Made by a program: the position numbers and the translations under genes | Assembly (NCBI GenBank): GCA_017427165.1 | Contig: JAFRTK010000118.1 | Span: 19,903 to 83,902, forward strand | Direction of reading: 5' to 3' | From: Clostridia bacterium | GTDB lineage: Bacteria > Bacillota > Clostridia > Christensenellales > Aristaeellaceae | DNA length: 64,000 nt | Shown here: positions 20,617 to 30,520 of the stretch, piece after piece | Numbering within the stretch: position 1 is the stretch's first letter | How the letters are laid out: each line of letters opens with the position of its first letter | The notes under the pieces: generated by a model | Seen by the model: the letters and a program-made list of their open reading frames with translations, nothing else | What the model was told of the DNA's origin: nothing | The model's database searches: none

Positions 20617-21846
20617 TCAGCCGCCGAACATCTTGATCAGGAATCCGGCTGCAATTGCGCTGCCGATAACGCCGGCTACGTTCGGGCCCATGGCATGCAT
20701 CAGCAGGAAGTTGGACGGATTGGCTTTCTGGCCTTCGCGCTGGGATACACGGGCTGCCATCGGAACAGCAGAAACACCTGCAGAACCGATCAGCGGATTG
20801 ATCTTTCCGCCGCTCAGCTTGTACATCAGTTTGCCGACCAGCAGGCCGCCGATCGTGCTGAAAGCGAAAGCGATCAGGCCCAGTACAACAATCTTGATGG
20901 TATCAAGCTGCAGGAAACGGGAGCCAACCATCGTCGCGCCGACGCTGATGCCCAGGAACAGGGTAACAATGTTCATCAGTGCATTCTGCGCAACATCGCT
21001 CAGGCGTTCAGTCACTCCGCTTTCCTTCAGCAGGTTGCCGAACATCAGGCATCCGATGAGCGGGGCGGTGGAGGGCAGCAGGAGCACGACAAAGATCGTC
21101 ACGATAATCGGGAACAGGATCTTCTCCGTCTTGTTGACTTCACGCAGCTGCGTCATCTTGACGCTGCGTTCCTTTTCGGTAGTCAGCGCCTTCATAATCG
21201 GGGGCTGGATCATCGGGATCAGGGCCATATAGCTGTAGGCAGCCACGGCGATCGGTCCCAGCAATTCCGGAGCCAGTTTGGTCGTGGTCAGGATGGCTGT
21301 CGGGCCGTCTGCGCCGCCGATGATACCGATCGAAGCGGACTGCTGCGCGTCAAAGCCCAGCAGGTTCGCACCGAAGAAGGCGAAGAACACACCGAACTGC
21401 GCGGCTGCGCCGAGCAGCAGGCTCTTCGGGTTGGAAATCAGCGGACCGAAGTCGGTCATTGCGCCGATGCCCATGAAGATCAGGCAGGGATAGATACCGG
21501 CTTTGACACCGATATACAGGATGTCAATCAGGCCGCCGGTTGCCAGAATGTGGCCGTAGTCATGATAATACGGCGAAGAATGATCCAGGAAGGCATCCCA
21601 CAGGCTCTGGTGATACAGGGCGTCCGGCAGGGATCCGTCCGACGTCATGAAGACGGAGCTCACGTTGGCAAGCAGGCAGCCGACCGCGATACCAACCATC
21701 AGCAGGGGCTCATACTGCTTTTTGATGCCCAGGTACAGAAGCCAGCATGCCAGGGCAATCATCACCAGGTTGCGCCATCCGTCCGGATTGGAGAAAAAGC
21801 CCGCGAATCCGGATTCGGAAATCAGTTGTAAAAGGGAATCAAACAT
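20617..21846 (-). CDS. oadB: Na+-translocating decarboxylase beta subunit
   Basis: GAMTDFGP, IGIIGGADGPT, AAYSYMAL, AGVSAVPMAARV, HAMGPNVAG. Confidence 0.95.
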   Translation of the reverse strand: MFDSLLQLISESGFAGFFSNPDGWRNLVMIALACWLLYLGIKKQYEPLLMVGIAVGCLLANVSSVFMTSDGSLPDALYHQSLWDAFLDHSSPYYHDYGHILATGGLIDILYIGVKAGIYPCLIFMGIGAMTDFGPLISNPKSLLLGAAAQFGVFFAFFGANLLGFDAQQSASIGIIGGADGPTAILTTTKLAPELLGPIAVAAYSYMALIPMIQPPIMKALTTEKERSVKMTQLREVNKTEKILFPIIVTIFVVLLLPSTAPLIGCLMFGNLLKESGVTERLSDVAQNALMNIVTLFLGISVGATMVGSRFLQLDTIKIVVLGLIAFAFSTIGGLLVGKLMYKLSGGKINPLIGSAGVSAVPMAARVSQREGQKANPSNFLLMHAMGPNVAGVIGSAIAAGFLIKMFGG

Positions 21847-21864
21847 CTTCTGTCTTCCTCCCCC

Positions 21865-22263
21865 TTATCCGAGTACGATGATTGGCGTTCCGGTATCCAC
21901 CTTCGTGCCAACATCTGCCAGCACCTGGGCTACAGTGGCGTCATGCGGCGCCATGATCTCGTTTTCCATCTTCATTGCTTCCAGCACTGCCAGTACTTCG
22001 CCGCTCTTCACAGCCTGGCCCGCTTTTACATTCATCTTGACGATGGTTCCGGGCATCGGGGAAGTCACCTGTTCACCGGCTACAGCCACAGGCGCGGCTG
22101 CCGCAGCAGGAACAGCGGCAGGAGCGGCGGCAGGTGCAGCAGCGGGTGCCGGAGCGGCGGCAGGTGCCGGAGCATAAGCTTCATACTCGTCCAGGATCAT
22201 CGCTTCTCCCTGGTTCACTTCGACTTCGTATGTTTTGCCCTTCAGGGTAACTTTGTACTTCAT
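21865..22263 (-). CDS. Biotin carboxyl carrier protein
   Basis: Ala/Pro linker and EAMKM biotinylation motif. Confidence 0.95.
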   Translation of the reverse strand: MKYKVTLKGKTYEVEVNQGEAMILDEYEAYAPAPAAAPAPAAAPAAAPAAVPAAAAAPVAVAGEQVTSPMPGTIVKMNVKAGQAVKSGEVLAVLEAMKMENEIMAPHDATVAQVLADVGTKVDTGTPIIVLG

Positions 22264-22265
22264 GG

Positions 22266-22676
22266 TTATTTGACCTCCTTGATGGATACGAACCGGAGTT
22301 CGTTCAGGGGTTTCTGGAGCTTGTCCGCCACAATGGCCATGATCATGGCCGCGTCCCGCGGATCGGTGTCATACAGTTTCACATCACCGGCGCTTCCGGG
22401 AGCCAGCTGTTTCGGAGCTTCCGGTACAGCAGCTTTCGCAGTTTCCGCGGCAGGAGCCGCCGCAGGTTTCTTCGCCTTTGCCACCATGATCTTGCCGACG
22501 ATAATGATCACAGCCATCAGCAGGGTCAGGCCGACAAACACAACGAGATATCCCAGGACAGCGTAAAGAAGATTGTTGCCCATATCGAGCGTCATGCGCT
22601 TGGTCGCTGCTTCCGCGGCTTCCGCAACCTGTTCGGTCGCTTCGCTGACGATCTCTTCAGCCAAAGCAAAGCTCAT
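22266..22676 (-). CDS. oadG: OadG family decarboxylase gamma/delta subunit
   Basis: One TM (GYLVVFVGLTLL), Ala/Pro linker, AAMIMAIVA; operon context. Confidence 0.85.
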   Translation of the reverse strand: MSFALAEEIVSEATEQVAEAAEAATKRMTLDMGNNLLYAVLGYLVVFVGLTLLMAVIIIVGKIMVAKAKKPAAAPAAETAKAAVPEAPKQLAPGSAGDVKLYDTDPRDAAMIMAIVADKLQKPLNELRFVSIKEVK

Positions 22677-22688
22677 TTGTCCGCCTCC

Positions 22689-24095
22689 TTACGCCTCTTC
22701 GATGGTGTACTTCACAACTTTTTCGCGGTCTGCCTTCCGGTCCTTCAGGTACTTTTCCGCCTGGGCCGGGAAACAGATCCAGCTCATCAGGTCCTCTTCG
22801 CTCTCTGCCAGGTCGCCCAGGGCTTCCTTGGCCTTTGCGAAATCCTCTCCGGTACGTTTGCTGTCTTCGATCCGGCAGTCAATGGGCTTCCCGCCCTCGC
22901 CGAGGATCTTGGCCTGCAGCGCTTCATCAACAGGAGCCGGCGCGATGCCGTATTCGCCCTTGAAGTAGTTCTTGACCTCATTGGAGATATTCTTGTAGCG
23001 TTCACCCACCAGAACATTGGTAACAGCCTGGTTGCCGACCATCTGGCTCAGGGGCGTGACCAGCGGCGGGTATCCCAGATCCTTGCGGACCGCCGGAATC
23101 TCCAGCAGAGCCTCATCGAACTTGTCCATGGCGTTCATGTCTTTCAGGTTGGCGATCATGTTGCTCAGCATGCCGCCGGGTACCTTGTAAACAAGCGCCT
23201 GGCTGTCGGTTCCCATGCTCTTCGGGTTGATCAGGCCGGAGTCGATGTACTTCTGCTTCAGGGGCTTGAAGAAATCGTTCACCTGGTTGATGACCTTTTC
23301 ATTCAGTCCGGTTTCAATACCGTACTGCTGTGCCGCATAGAACAGGGTCTCGGTCGCTGCCTGGCTCGTACCATTGGAGAAGCAGCTCGTTGCGGTATCA
23401 ATAACGTCCACACCGCTCTCAATCGCCTTGGTCAGGGTCATGTAAGCCATACCGGTCGTGCAGTGGGTATGCAGGATCACGGGAACATCACCCACAGCAT
23501 CCTTGATGCCCTTGATCAGGCCTTCTGCTTCAAAGGGGCTCATCGTGCCGGCCATATCCTTCAGGCACAGCGTGTCAAAGCCCATTTTCACGAGCTCCTT
23601 GCACATTTCGACGTATTTCTCGACCGTGTGCACAGGGCTCTGGGTATAGCTGATGCAGCCGGAAGCGATGGTCCGGTCTGTGGCGTACTTCTTCACCGCG
23701 TCCAGGGCGGTTCCCAGGTTGCGGAAGTCATTCAGCGCATCAAAGATCCGGATGATGTCGATACCGTTCTTGATGCTCAGCTCAACAAACTTTTCCACCA
23801 CGTCATCATGGTAATGCTTGTATCCGAGCAGGTTCTGTCCGCGCAGCAGCATCTGCAGCCGGGTGTTCGGCATATTCTTGCGGATATTCCGCAGTCTTTC
23901 CCACGGATCCTCGTTGAGGTACCGCAGGCAGCTGTCAAAAGTCGCGCCGCCCCAGCATTCCACAGAGTAGTAACCGGCCTTGTCCATGGTCGGCAGGATT
24001 TCTGCGAAGTCCGCATAGGGCATCCGGGTCGCCATCAGGCTCTGGTTGGCATCCCGCATCACGGTTTCCGTAAACTGTACCAATCTCTTGCTCAT
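22689..24095 (-). CDS. oadA: Oxaloacetate decarboxylase alpha / pyruvate carboxylase B carboxyltransferase, without a fused biotin domain
   Basis: RDANQSL, ECWGGATFD, LKDMAG, HTH metal motif, VPGGMLSN, PLVTPLSQ. Confidence 0.92.
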   Translation of the reverse strand: MSKRLVQFTETVMRDANQSLMATRMPYADFAEILPTMDKAGYYSVECWGGATFDSCLRYLNEDPWERLRNIRKNMPNTRLQMLLRGQNLLGYKHYHDDVVEKFVELSIKNGIDIIRIFDALNDFRNLGTALDAVKKYATDRTIASGCISYTQSPVHTVEKYVEMCKELVKMGFDTLCLKDMAGTMSPFEAEGLIKGIKDAVGDVPVILHTHCTTGMAYMTLTKAIESGVDVIDTATSCFSNGTSQAATETLFYAAQQYGIETGLNEKVINQVNDFFKPLKQKYIDSGLINPKSMGTDSQALVYKVPGGMLSNMIANLKDMNAMDKFDEALLEIPAVRKDLGYPPLVTPLSQMVGNQAVTNVLVGERYKNISNEVKNYFKGEYGIAPAPVDEALQAKILGEGGKPIDCRIEDSKRTGEDFAKAKEALGDLAESEEDLMSWICFPAQAEKYLKDRKADREKVVKYTIEEA

Positions 24096-24133
24096 ATTTT
24101 ACTCCCCGATCAATTGATTTTATTGAACACATG

Positions 24134-24163
24134 CGGGATGCCGCCCGACAGGGCGGCATCCCG
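24134..24163. other. 13-bp perfect GC-rich stem-loop between pckA and oadA
   Basis: CGGGATGCCGCCC-GACA-GGGCGGCATCCCG, without a U-tract. Confidence 0.7.
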
Positions 24164-24192
24164 GGATATGTCTTGTGGTGCTCCGCCGAAGA

Positions 24193-25806
24193 TTACAGCT
24201 GGGGACCTGCGGCAACCAGCGCCTTGCCGGCCTCGTTGGTCTCATACTTGGCGAAGTTCTTGATGAAGCGTCCGGCCAGATCCTGCGCCTTCTTCTCCCA
24301 TTCGGTGGGATCAGCGTACGTGTCGCGGGGATCCAGGATGCCGGTGTCAACGCCCTTCAGTTCGGTCGGCACTTCGAAGTTGAAGTACGGAATCTTCTTG
24401 GTGGGCGCGTTGAGGATATCACCGTTCAGGATGGCGTCGATGATGCCGCGGGTATCCTTGATGGAAATCCGCTTGCCGGTTCCGTTCCATCCGGTGTTGA
24501 CCAGGTAAGCCTTGGCGCCGCTCTTTTCCATCTTCTTGACCAGTTCTTCGGCATACTTCGTGGGATGCAGTTCCAGGAAGGCCTGGCCGAAGCAGGCGCT
24601 GAAGGTGGGGGTCGGCTCGGTGATGCCGCGTTCGGTACCGGCCAGCTTGGCAGTGAAGCCGCTCAGGAAGTAGTACTTGGTCTGTTCAGCGGTCAGGATG
24701 GACACGGGCGGCAGCACGCCGAAGGCATCCGCGCTCAGGAAGATCACGTTCTTCGCATCGGGACCGGCAGATACGGGATTCACGTTCTTAACGATCTTCT
24801 CGATATGCTCGATCGGATAGGAAACACGGGTATTTTCGGTAACGCTCTTGTCGGCGAAATCGATCTTGCCGTTTTCATCCACAGTCACGTTCTCCAGCAG
24901 CGCATCGCGGCGGATGGCGTTGTAGATGTCGGGTTCGGAATCCTTGTCCAGGTTGATAACCTTGGCATAGCATCCGCCTTCAAAATTGAAAACGCCGTTG
25001 TCATCCCAGCCGTGTTCGTCATCACCGATCAGCAGGCGCTTGGGATCGGTGGACAGGGTGGTCTTGCCGGTGCCGGAAAGGCCGAAGAAGATGGCGGTAT
25101 TCTTGCCTTCCATGTCGGTGTTGGCGGAGCAGTGCATGGAAGCAATGCCCTTCAGCGGCAGGTAGTAGTTCATCATGGAGAACATGCCCTTCTTCATTTC
25201 GCCGCCGTACCAGGTGTTCAGGATAACCTGTTCACGGCTGGTGATGTTGAAGGCGACCGCAGTTTCGGAGTTGAGGCCCATGGCCTTGTAGTCATCCACC
25301 TTGGCCTTGGAAGCGCAGTAGATGACAAAGTCCGGCTCGAAGGTAGCCAGTTCTTCTTCAGAGGGTTGGATGAACATGTTCTTGACAAAATGAGCCTGCC
25401 AGGCAACTTCCATCACGAACCGGATGGCCATCCGGGTATCCTTGTTGGCGCCGCAGAAAGCATCCATCACGAACAGGCGCTTTCCGCTCAGCTGCTTCTG
25501 GGCCAGCTTCTTCAGGATTGCCCAGTTTTCTTCGCTCAGGGGATGGTTATCATTCTTGTAACCTTCCGTGGTCCACCAAACGGTATCCTTGGAATTTTCG
25601 TCCATGACGATATACTTGTCTTTGGGGCTCCGGCCGGTATAGATGCCGGTCATGACGTTAATCGCGCCCAGCTCAGTCAGTTTTCCTTTTTCGAAGCCTT
25701 CCAGCTCGGGCTTGCTTTCCTCGTTGAAGAGGAATTCATAAGACGGGTTATGGATGATTTCCGTCGCTCCGGAAATCCCGTATTTGGTGAGATCGATGGC
25801 TGCCAT
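24193..25806 (-). CDS. pckA: Phosphoenolpyruvate carboxykinase (ATP)
   Basis: [40 protein letters not shown]; GGAGG RBS before MAAIDL. Confidence 0.98.
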   Translation of the reverse strand: MAAIDLTKYGISGATEIIHNPSYEFLFNEESKPELEGFEKGKLTELGAINVMTGIYTGRSPKDKYIVMDENSKDTVWWTTEGYKNDNHPLSEENWAILKKLAQKQLSGKRLFVMDAFCGANKDTRMAIRFVMEVAWQAHFVKNMFIQPSEEELATFEPDFVIYCASKAKVDDYKAMGLNSETAVAFNITSREQVILNTWYGGEMKKGMFSMMNYYLPLKGIASMHCSANTDMEGKNTAIFFGLSGTGKTTLSTDPKRLLIGDDEHGWDDNGVFNFEGGCYAKVINLDKDSEPDIYNAIRRDALLENVTVDENGKIDFADKSVTENTRVSYPIEHIEKIVKNVNPVSAGPDAKNVIFLSADAFGVLPPVSILTAEQTKYYFLSGFTAKLAGTERGITEPTPTFSACFGQAFLELHPTKYAEELVKKMEKSGAKAYLVNTGWNGTGKRISIKDTRGIIDAILNGDILNAPTKKIPYFNFEVPTELKGVDTGILDPRDTYADPTEWEKKAQDLAGRFIKNFAKYETNEAGKALVAAGPQL

Positions 25807-26094
25807 GGGGGTACCTCCTTCAATCATTCAGTCGTGTCGGAAATTTATATCCCAACTTGACCCTATTTCTTTTATTCTAAGGTTCCTTCCTATTTCCTGC
25901 CGTGTAACAGAAAGTTAATAATTTTCGCTCTCATTGGCATAAACCATTGCCGTATAAGACATGTTAAGCATTCATTTTGTTTTTCCGTGGGCGATTTTTG
26001 TCCCGCATGGTCGTTTTTCGGCCGTATAAATCGCCCGGAGTGGCATTCTTTCAGCGGTGATGATCCTTTTGTTCCCCGTCCGCTGACCACAGCA

Positions 26095-26124
26095 GAAACA
26101 GCCCGGCTTTTGCCGGGCTGTTTC
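26095..26124 (-). terminator. Terminator-like hairpin downstream of thrS
   Basis: GAAACAGCCCGGC-TTTT-GCCGGGCTGTTTC. Confidence 0.7.
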
Positions 26125-26147
26125 CTCACGCGGAATGGAATATCTTA

Positions 26148-27932
26148 TTATTTTCTTTCTTCAATTTCCTTTTCCAGTTTCGCGACAAGTGCCTCAAGTG
26201 TCATCGATTCAGTCTGGTCCGTCGCCCGGTCGCGTACCGCGACAGTTCCCTCGGCGATTTCCTTTTCACCGATGATCAGCATGTAAGGCACCTTGTCCTC
26301 CTGTCTGGCGTAACGGATCTTGTAGCCGATCTTTTCGTTGCGCTCATCCAGTTCGCTGCGCACGCCCTGCTTCATCAGCTTTTTGTTGATTTCAGCAGCG
26401 TAATCCATGCTCTTGTCGCTGACCGGCAGCACCTTTACCTGAACGGGAGCCAGCCACAGCGGGAACGCACCCTTTGTTTCCTCAATCAGGTATGCCATGA
26501 ACCGGTCGATGGAGCCGAGAATTGCCCGGTGCAGCACCACAGGCGTCTTTTCGGAGCCGTCTGCGTCGATATACTTCAGGTCAAACTTGGCCGGCAGGCA
26601 GAAGTCCAGCTGGCATGTGCTCAGGGTGTATTCCGCACCGATGGCAGGTTTTACGTTCACGTCCAGTTTCGGACCGTAGAAGGCCGCCTCGCCGATCTCT
26701 TCCGTATACTGGATTCCCAGCTGGTTCAGCACTTCACGCAGCGCGCTTTCCGCCTTTTCCCACATGGCGTCATCCTGGTGGTACTTCACCTTGTCATCCG
26801 GATCCCGCAGGCTCAGCACACAGCGGTAGTCCGTAATGTGGAAGTCCTGGTATACTTCGCGGATCAGGTTCACCACGCTGGCCACCTCATCCTTGATCTG
26901 GTCCGGTGTCACGAACAGGTGGGCATCATTCTGGCAGAAATGGCGTCCGCGCTCGATTCCCTTCAGGGTACCGCTGGGTTCAAACCGGAAGTCATGGGCA
27001 ACTTCGCCGATGCGGATCGGCAGGTCACGGTAGCTGTGAAGCCGGTTGGCGTAGATCATCATGTGATGCGGGCAGTTCATGGGGCGCAGAACGAAGCTTT
27101 CGCCTTCCACTTCCATTTCCGGGAACATGTTTTCCTTATAATGGTCCCAGTGTCCGCTTGTCTTGTACAGTTCCACCGTACCGACGCACGGGGTCATTAC
27201 GTGCTGGTATCCCAGCATCCGTTCCTTTTCCTTGATGTAGTTCTCCAGTTCCATCCAGATTGTATATCCCTTGGGCAGGAACATCGGAAGTCCTTTTCCG
27301 ATCAGGTCATCCGTCATGAACAGCCGCATATCCTTGCCGATACGGCGGTGGTCACGGGCCTTGGCTTCCTCTACCTGAATCTCATAGGCCTTCAGCTCAT
27401 CCTGGTTGCGGAATGCGACGCCGTTCAGCCGCGTCAGCATCTTGTTCTTCTGGTCATTCTTCCAGTAGGCGCCGCTCAGGGCTGTCAGCTTGAATGCTTT
27501 CAGTGCTTTGGTATAGGTCAGGTGCGGTCCGACGCACATGTCAATATAATCACCCTGCTGATAGAACGTGATCACCGCGTCCTCGGGAAGGTCGTCAATG
27601 TGCTCCACCTTGTAGATTTCACCGCGGTCCTTCATCAGCTGGATCGCTTCGTTCCGGGGCAGCGGGTACACCTTGAAGGGCAGGTTTTCCTTCACGATTT
27701 TCTGCATTTCCGCTTCGATCGCCGGCAGGTCTTCTTCTGTCAGTTTGATATCACCCAGGTCAATGTCGTAGTGGAATCCCTTTTCCGTTGCCGGGCCGTA
27801 TGCGAAATGCGCATGCGGATACAGGCGTTTCACAGCTTGCGCCATGATATGGGCAGCCGAGTGCCACAGTACTTCCAGTTCGTCCGCTTCGGGGCATTCC
27901 GCCACATGGCCGTCATTGTAGAGAATCTTCAT
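26148..27932 (-). CDS. thrS: Threonine--tRNA ligase, short form lacking the TGS domain
   Basis: HSAAH editing motif, CVGPH, DHRRIG, RPMNCPHH, AFYGPKLD, HRAILGS; GGAGG RBS. Confidence 0.98.
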   Translation of the reverse strand: MKILYNDGHVAECPEADELEVLWHSAAHIMAQAVKRLYPHAHFAYGPATEKGFHYDIDLGDIKLTEEDLPAIEAEMQKIVKENLPFKVYPLPRNEAIQLMKDRGEIYKVEHIDDLPEDAVITFYQQGDYIDMCVGPHLTYTKALKAFKLTALSGAYWKNDQKNKMLTRLNGVAFRNQDELKAYEIQVEEAKARDHRRIGKDMRLFMTDDLIGKGLPMFLPKGYTIWMELENYIKEKERMLGYQHVMTPCVGTVELYKTSGHWDHYKENMFPEMEVEGESFVLRPMNCPHHMMIYANRLHSYRDLPIRIGEVAHDFRFEPSGTLKGIERGRHFCQNDAHLFVTPDQIKDEVASVVNLIREVYQDFHITDYRCVLSLRDPDDKVKYHQDDAMWEKAESALREVLNQLGIQYTEEIGEAAFYGPKLDVNVKPAIGAEYTLSTCQLDFCLPAKFDLKYIDADGSEKTPVVLHRAILGSIDRFMAYLIEETKGAFPLWLAPVQVKVLPVSDKSMDYAAEINKKLMKQGVRSELDERNEKIGYKIRYARQEDKVPYMLIIGEKEIAEGTVAVRDRATDQTESMTLEALVAKLEKEIEERK

Positions 27933-27964
27933 GTGTGTCTCCTCCTTTTTCTTTCCCGGCGGAT

Positions 27965-28190
27965 ACAAGAAAAGCATCCGCCCTGCGTGCTGCCGGGACG
28001 GATGCTGAATCAGCATTCGCGGTTCCACCCTGCTTGTTGGTATCAACCACTCATTATTCTGCGATATCGGGCAGCGTCCGTCCCCGTCCGGAAATGGTAT
28101 CGTTCAGGTCCAGCTGCGGGTTTCCCAGCGCCGCCCGCTCTCTGTGAGCCGGATATCTGACCGCGTGTTTTCCTTCATCCGGGAAAGATT
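27965..28190 (-). ncRNA. T-box riboswitch with Thr specifier ACC
   Basis: Minus strand: GA motif GGATGAAGG, AGAGA and GCTG loops, specifier ACC at 28096-28098, T-box AGGGTGGAACCGCG, terminator GCATCCGTCC...GGGCGGATGC-TTTT. Confidence 0.93.
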
Positions 28191-28196
28191 ACGGCT

Positions 28197-28225
28197 AATA
28201 TATCACGCTTTATCCGGAAAATCAA
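28197..28225 (-). promoter_or_regulatory. Promoter of the thrS leader
   Basis: TTGATT-N17-TATATT with TG extension. Confidence 0.7.
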
Positions 28226-28228
28226 CCG

Positions 28229-29239
28229 TCAGATATCAATAAATTTGCGGAATTCTGGCATAATGCCGATCCCGTCCGGATAATGGGCTGCAAACTGCGG
28301 CACCGCATGGCTCGGAAAACTGTTGCCTTCAATAAAGGTAGGCCCGTTTTCAGTAATGGCAACGTCCCAGGCGATAAACCGCATCTCCGGTACCTTCTCC
28401 GCTGCTTTCAGGCACATGGCTTTGGCTTCTTCCCAGTATGGGATTGTAAATCCGATGATACTCGTATTGGTAATCGGATGCTTGATGAAGGTATTCCCCT
28501 GTTTGTCTGCTCCTACAGTCAGGAGTCTTCCGCTCTCCAGGTCAATCCGGGCAGCCATGCCGCCGCAGTCCACGTTGTCCATAACCTTGCCGTTGCCGAT
28601 CCGCAGGAATGCGTATACAATTCCCTGCTGTTTGTCGCCCAGCAGCGTCGCGATCCGGCAGGTATTCACAGAAGTCGGGCAAAGGCTTGCCATCTTCGGA
28701 TGCTGGATCACCATCTCTTCAAGAATACCCTTCCCGTCCGCGTTCATTTTGGCGAGGAAGGCTTCCGGCCCGTCCTTCCAGTCATCGGGCGTATACTTTT
28801 TGATACCCTGGCCGCTGGAACCTTCCAGGGGCTTCCAGATCAGCTGCGTGCTGTTCCGGCACAGGGTATACAGTTCTTCGGTATCGGTGTCCTCATTTGT
28901 AAGAATCCATTTTCGCGGAATGAATTCCCGGAACAGCTCGTTGAACTGGGCTTTGTCATCGAAGAAATGCCAGTACTCCTTCGGATTCATCCTCCGGACG
29001 ATTTCATTGGATATTCCGCGGGTAATCACGGTTTTCCGCTGTTCATCATTCAGTTTGTACATCTGCGCGATTTTGTAATCCATGTATCCGGCATTGTACT
29101 TCACCGCGCATTTCAGCATATCGGCCAGGAGCCAGATCCGGCTCTTCCCGCTCCGCTTCTTCAATAGTCCCGTTGTCTTCCACATGGCCTTCCAGTCCAT
29201 GCGCACCAGCCTGTGCCAGAAAAACTGCAGCCGTGACAT
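28229..29239 (-). CDS. Sugar-transfer-associated ATP-grasp protein (ATPgrasp_ST-like)
   Basis: FDDKAQF, WKPLEGSSGQGI, QHP...SVNTCR, VMDN..CGG, AWDVAIT..GP.FIEGN. Confidence 0.8.
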   Translation of the reverse strand: MSRLQFFWHRLVRMDWKAMWKTTGLLKKRSGKSRIWLLADMLKCAVKYNAGYMDYKIAQMYKLNDEQRKTVITRGISNEIVRRMNPKEYWHFFDDKAQFNELFREFIPRKWILTNEDTDTEELYTLCRNSTQLIWKPLEGSSGQGIKKYTPDDWKDGPEAFLAKMNADGKGILEEMVIQHPKMASLCPTSVNTCRIATLLGDKQQGIVYAFLRIGNGKVMDNVDCGGMAARIDLESGRLLTVGADKQGNTFIKHPITNTSIIGFTIPYWEEAKAMCLKAAEKVPEMRFIAWDVAITENGPTFIEGNSFPSHAVPQFAAHYPDGIGIMPEFRKFIDI

Positions 29240-29262
29240 TGTTCTTTTCTCCTCTGTCGCTT

Positions 29263-30360
29263 TTATACGTTGAAACGGAACAGGGTAATATCCCCATCCT
29301 TCATCACATAATCCTTGCCTTCACTGCGGACCAGGCCTTTTTCCTTACATGCGGCCATGCTGCCATTTTCAATCAGCGTATCATACGGAACAACCTCAGC
29401 ACGGATAAATCCCTTTTCAAAATCCGTGTGGATCTTTCCGGCAGCCTGCGGAGCCTTTGTTCCCTCTGTAATGGTCCAGGCGCGGCATTCATCCTCGCCG
29501 ACCGTAAGGAAGCTGATCAGTCCGAGCAGCCGGTAACATGCGGTAATCAGGCGGTCCAGCCCGCTCTGTCCGATTCCAAGGTCGGCCAGGAACTCCGCCT
29601 TTTCATCCGGCGCCATCTGCGCGATGTCCTGCTCAATCGCAGCGGAAATTACGATCATCCCCGCGCCTTCATCATCCGCGATTTTCTTCACTTCGTTCAG
29701 GAAAGGGATTTCGCTTTCGTCCTTGCCGATATCATCCTCAGAGATATTGGCAGCATAGATCACCGGTTTTGTGGTCAGCAGGAACCATCCGGACATGATT
29801 TCCCGCTCTTCCTTGTCGGCGTTGTATGTCCGGGCCGGTTTTCCGCTTTCCAGATGGGCGTAGAGCTTTTCAGCCAGGTCAGCCTCCGCTCCGCTGCTCT
29901 TGTCGCCGCCGCGGAAACTCTTCAGTGCCTTTTCTTTTCTCCGCTGTACTGTATCCATATCGGCGAAGATCAGCTCAAGGTTAATTGTTTCAATGTCACG
30001 GGCCGGATTCACAGAACCGTCCACATGGATAATATTGTCATCCTCGAAGCAGCGGACCACATGCACGATGGCATCCACTTCACGGATATGGCTGAGGAAT
30101 TTGTTTCCAAGTCCTTCTCCGCGGCTGGCGCCTTTCACCAGGCCGGCTATATCCACAAACTCGATTGTCGTCGGTGTGACTTTCTTGGGATGATACATCT
30201 CTGCCAGCACATTCAGCCGGCTGTCAGGCACCATCACGACGCCGGTATTCGGTTCAATCGTGCAGAAAGGATAATTCTCGGCCTGGGCCCCCGCATTCGT
30301 AATTGCGTTGAACAGGGTGCTTTTTCCGACGTTTGGCAGTCCTACAACTCCAAGCTTCAT
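29263..30360 (-). CDS. ychF: Redox-regulated ATPase YchF
   Basis: GLPNVGKST, NYPFCTIEPN, DIAGLVKGAS, HTDFEKGFIRAE. Confidence 0.98.
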   Translation of the reverse strand: MKLGVVGLPNVGKSTLFNAITNAGAQAENYPFCTIEPNTGVVMVPDSRLNVLAEMYHPKKVTPTTIEFVDIAGLVKGASRGEGLGNKFLSHIREVDAIVHVVRCFEDDNIIHVDGSVNPARDIETINLELIFADMDTVQRRKEKALKSFRGGDKSSGAEADLAEKLYAHLESGKPARTYNADKEEREIMSGWFLLTTKPVIYAANISEDDIGKDESEIPFLNEVKKIADDEGAGMIVISAAIEQDIAQMAPDEKAEFLADLGIGQSGLDRLITACYRLLGLISFLTVGEDECRAWTITEGTKAPQAAGKIHTDFEKGFIRAEVVPYDTLIENGSMAACKEKGLVRSEGKDYVMKDGDITLFRFNV

Positions 30361-30427
30361 TTTGTTTTCAAGCGCTCCTTCCGTCTTTCCGGAAACAGCC
30401 GCCCTCCGGCGGCCATACCAGCATGTA

Positions 30428-30456
30428 ATTATAATGATGCAATTGTCCTGCGTCAA
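30428..30456 (-). promoter_or_regulatory. Promoter of ychF
   Basis: TTGACG-N17-TATAAT. Confidence 0.75.
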
Positions 30457-30520
30457 GCTTTCCAAATTCTTCCCGCTGTGGTAAAATAGATGAGATATTG
30501 AGTTCGGGAGGCATGGTCGC

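Noticed and set aside
27932-28046. N-terminal extension of ThrS in the ORF track
   Set aside because: It runs through the T-box terminator; the RBS supports ATG 27932.
20695-28160. Long plus-strand ORFs opposite oadB, oadA, pckA and thrS
   Set aside because: Antisense shadows of well-supported minus-strand genes.
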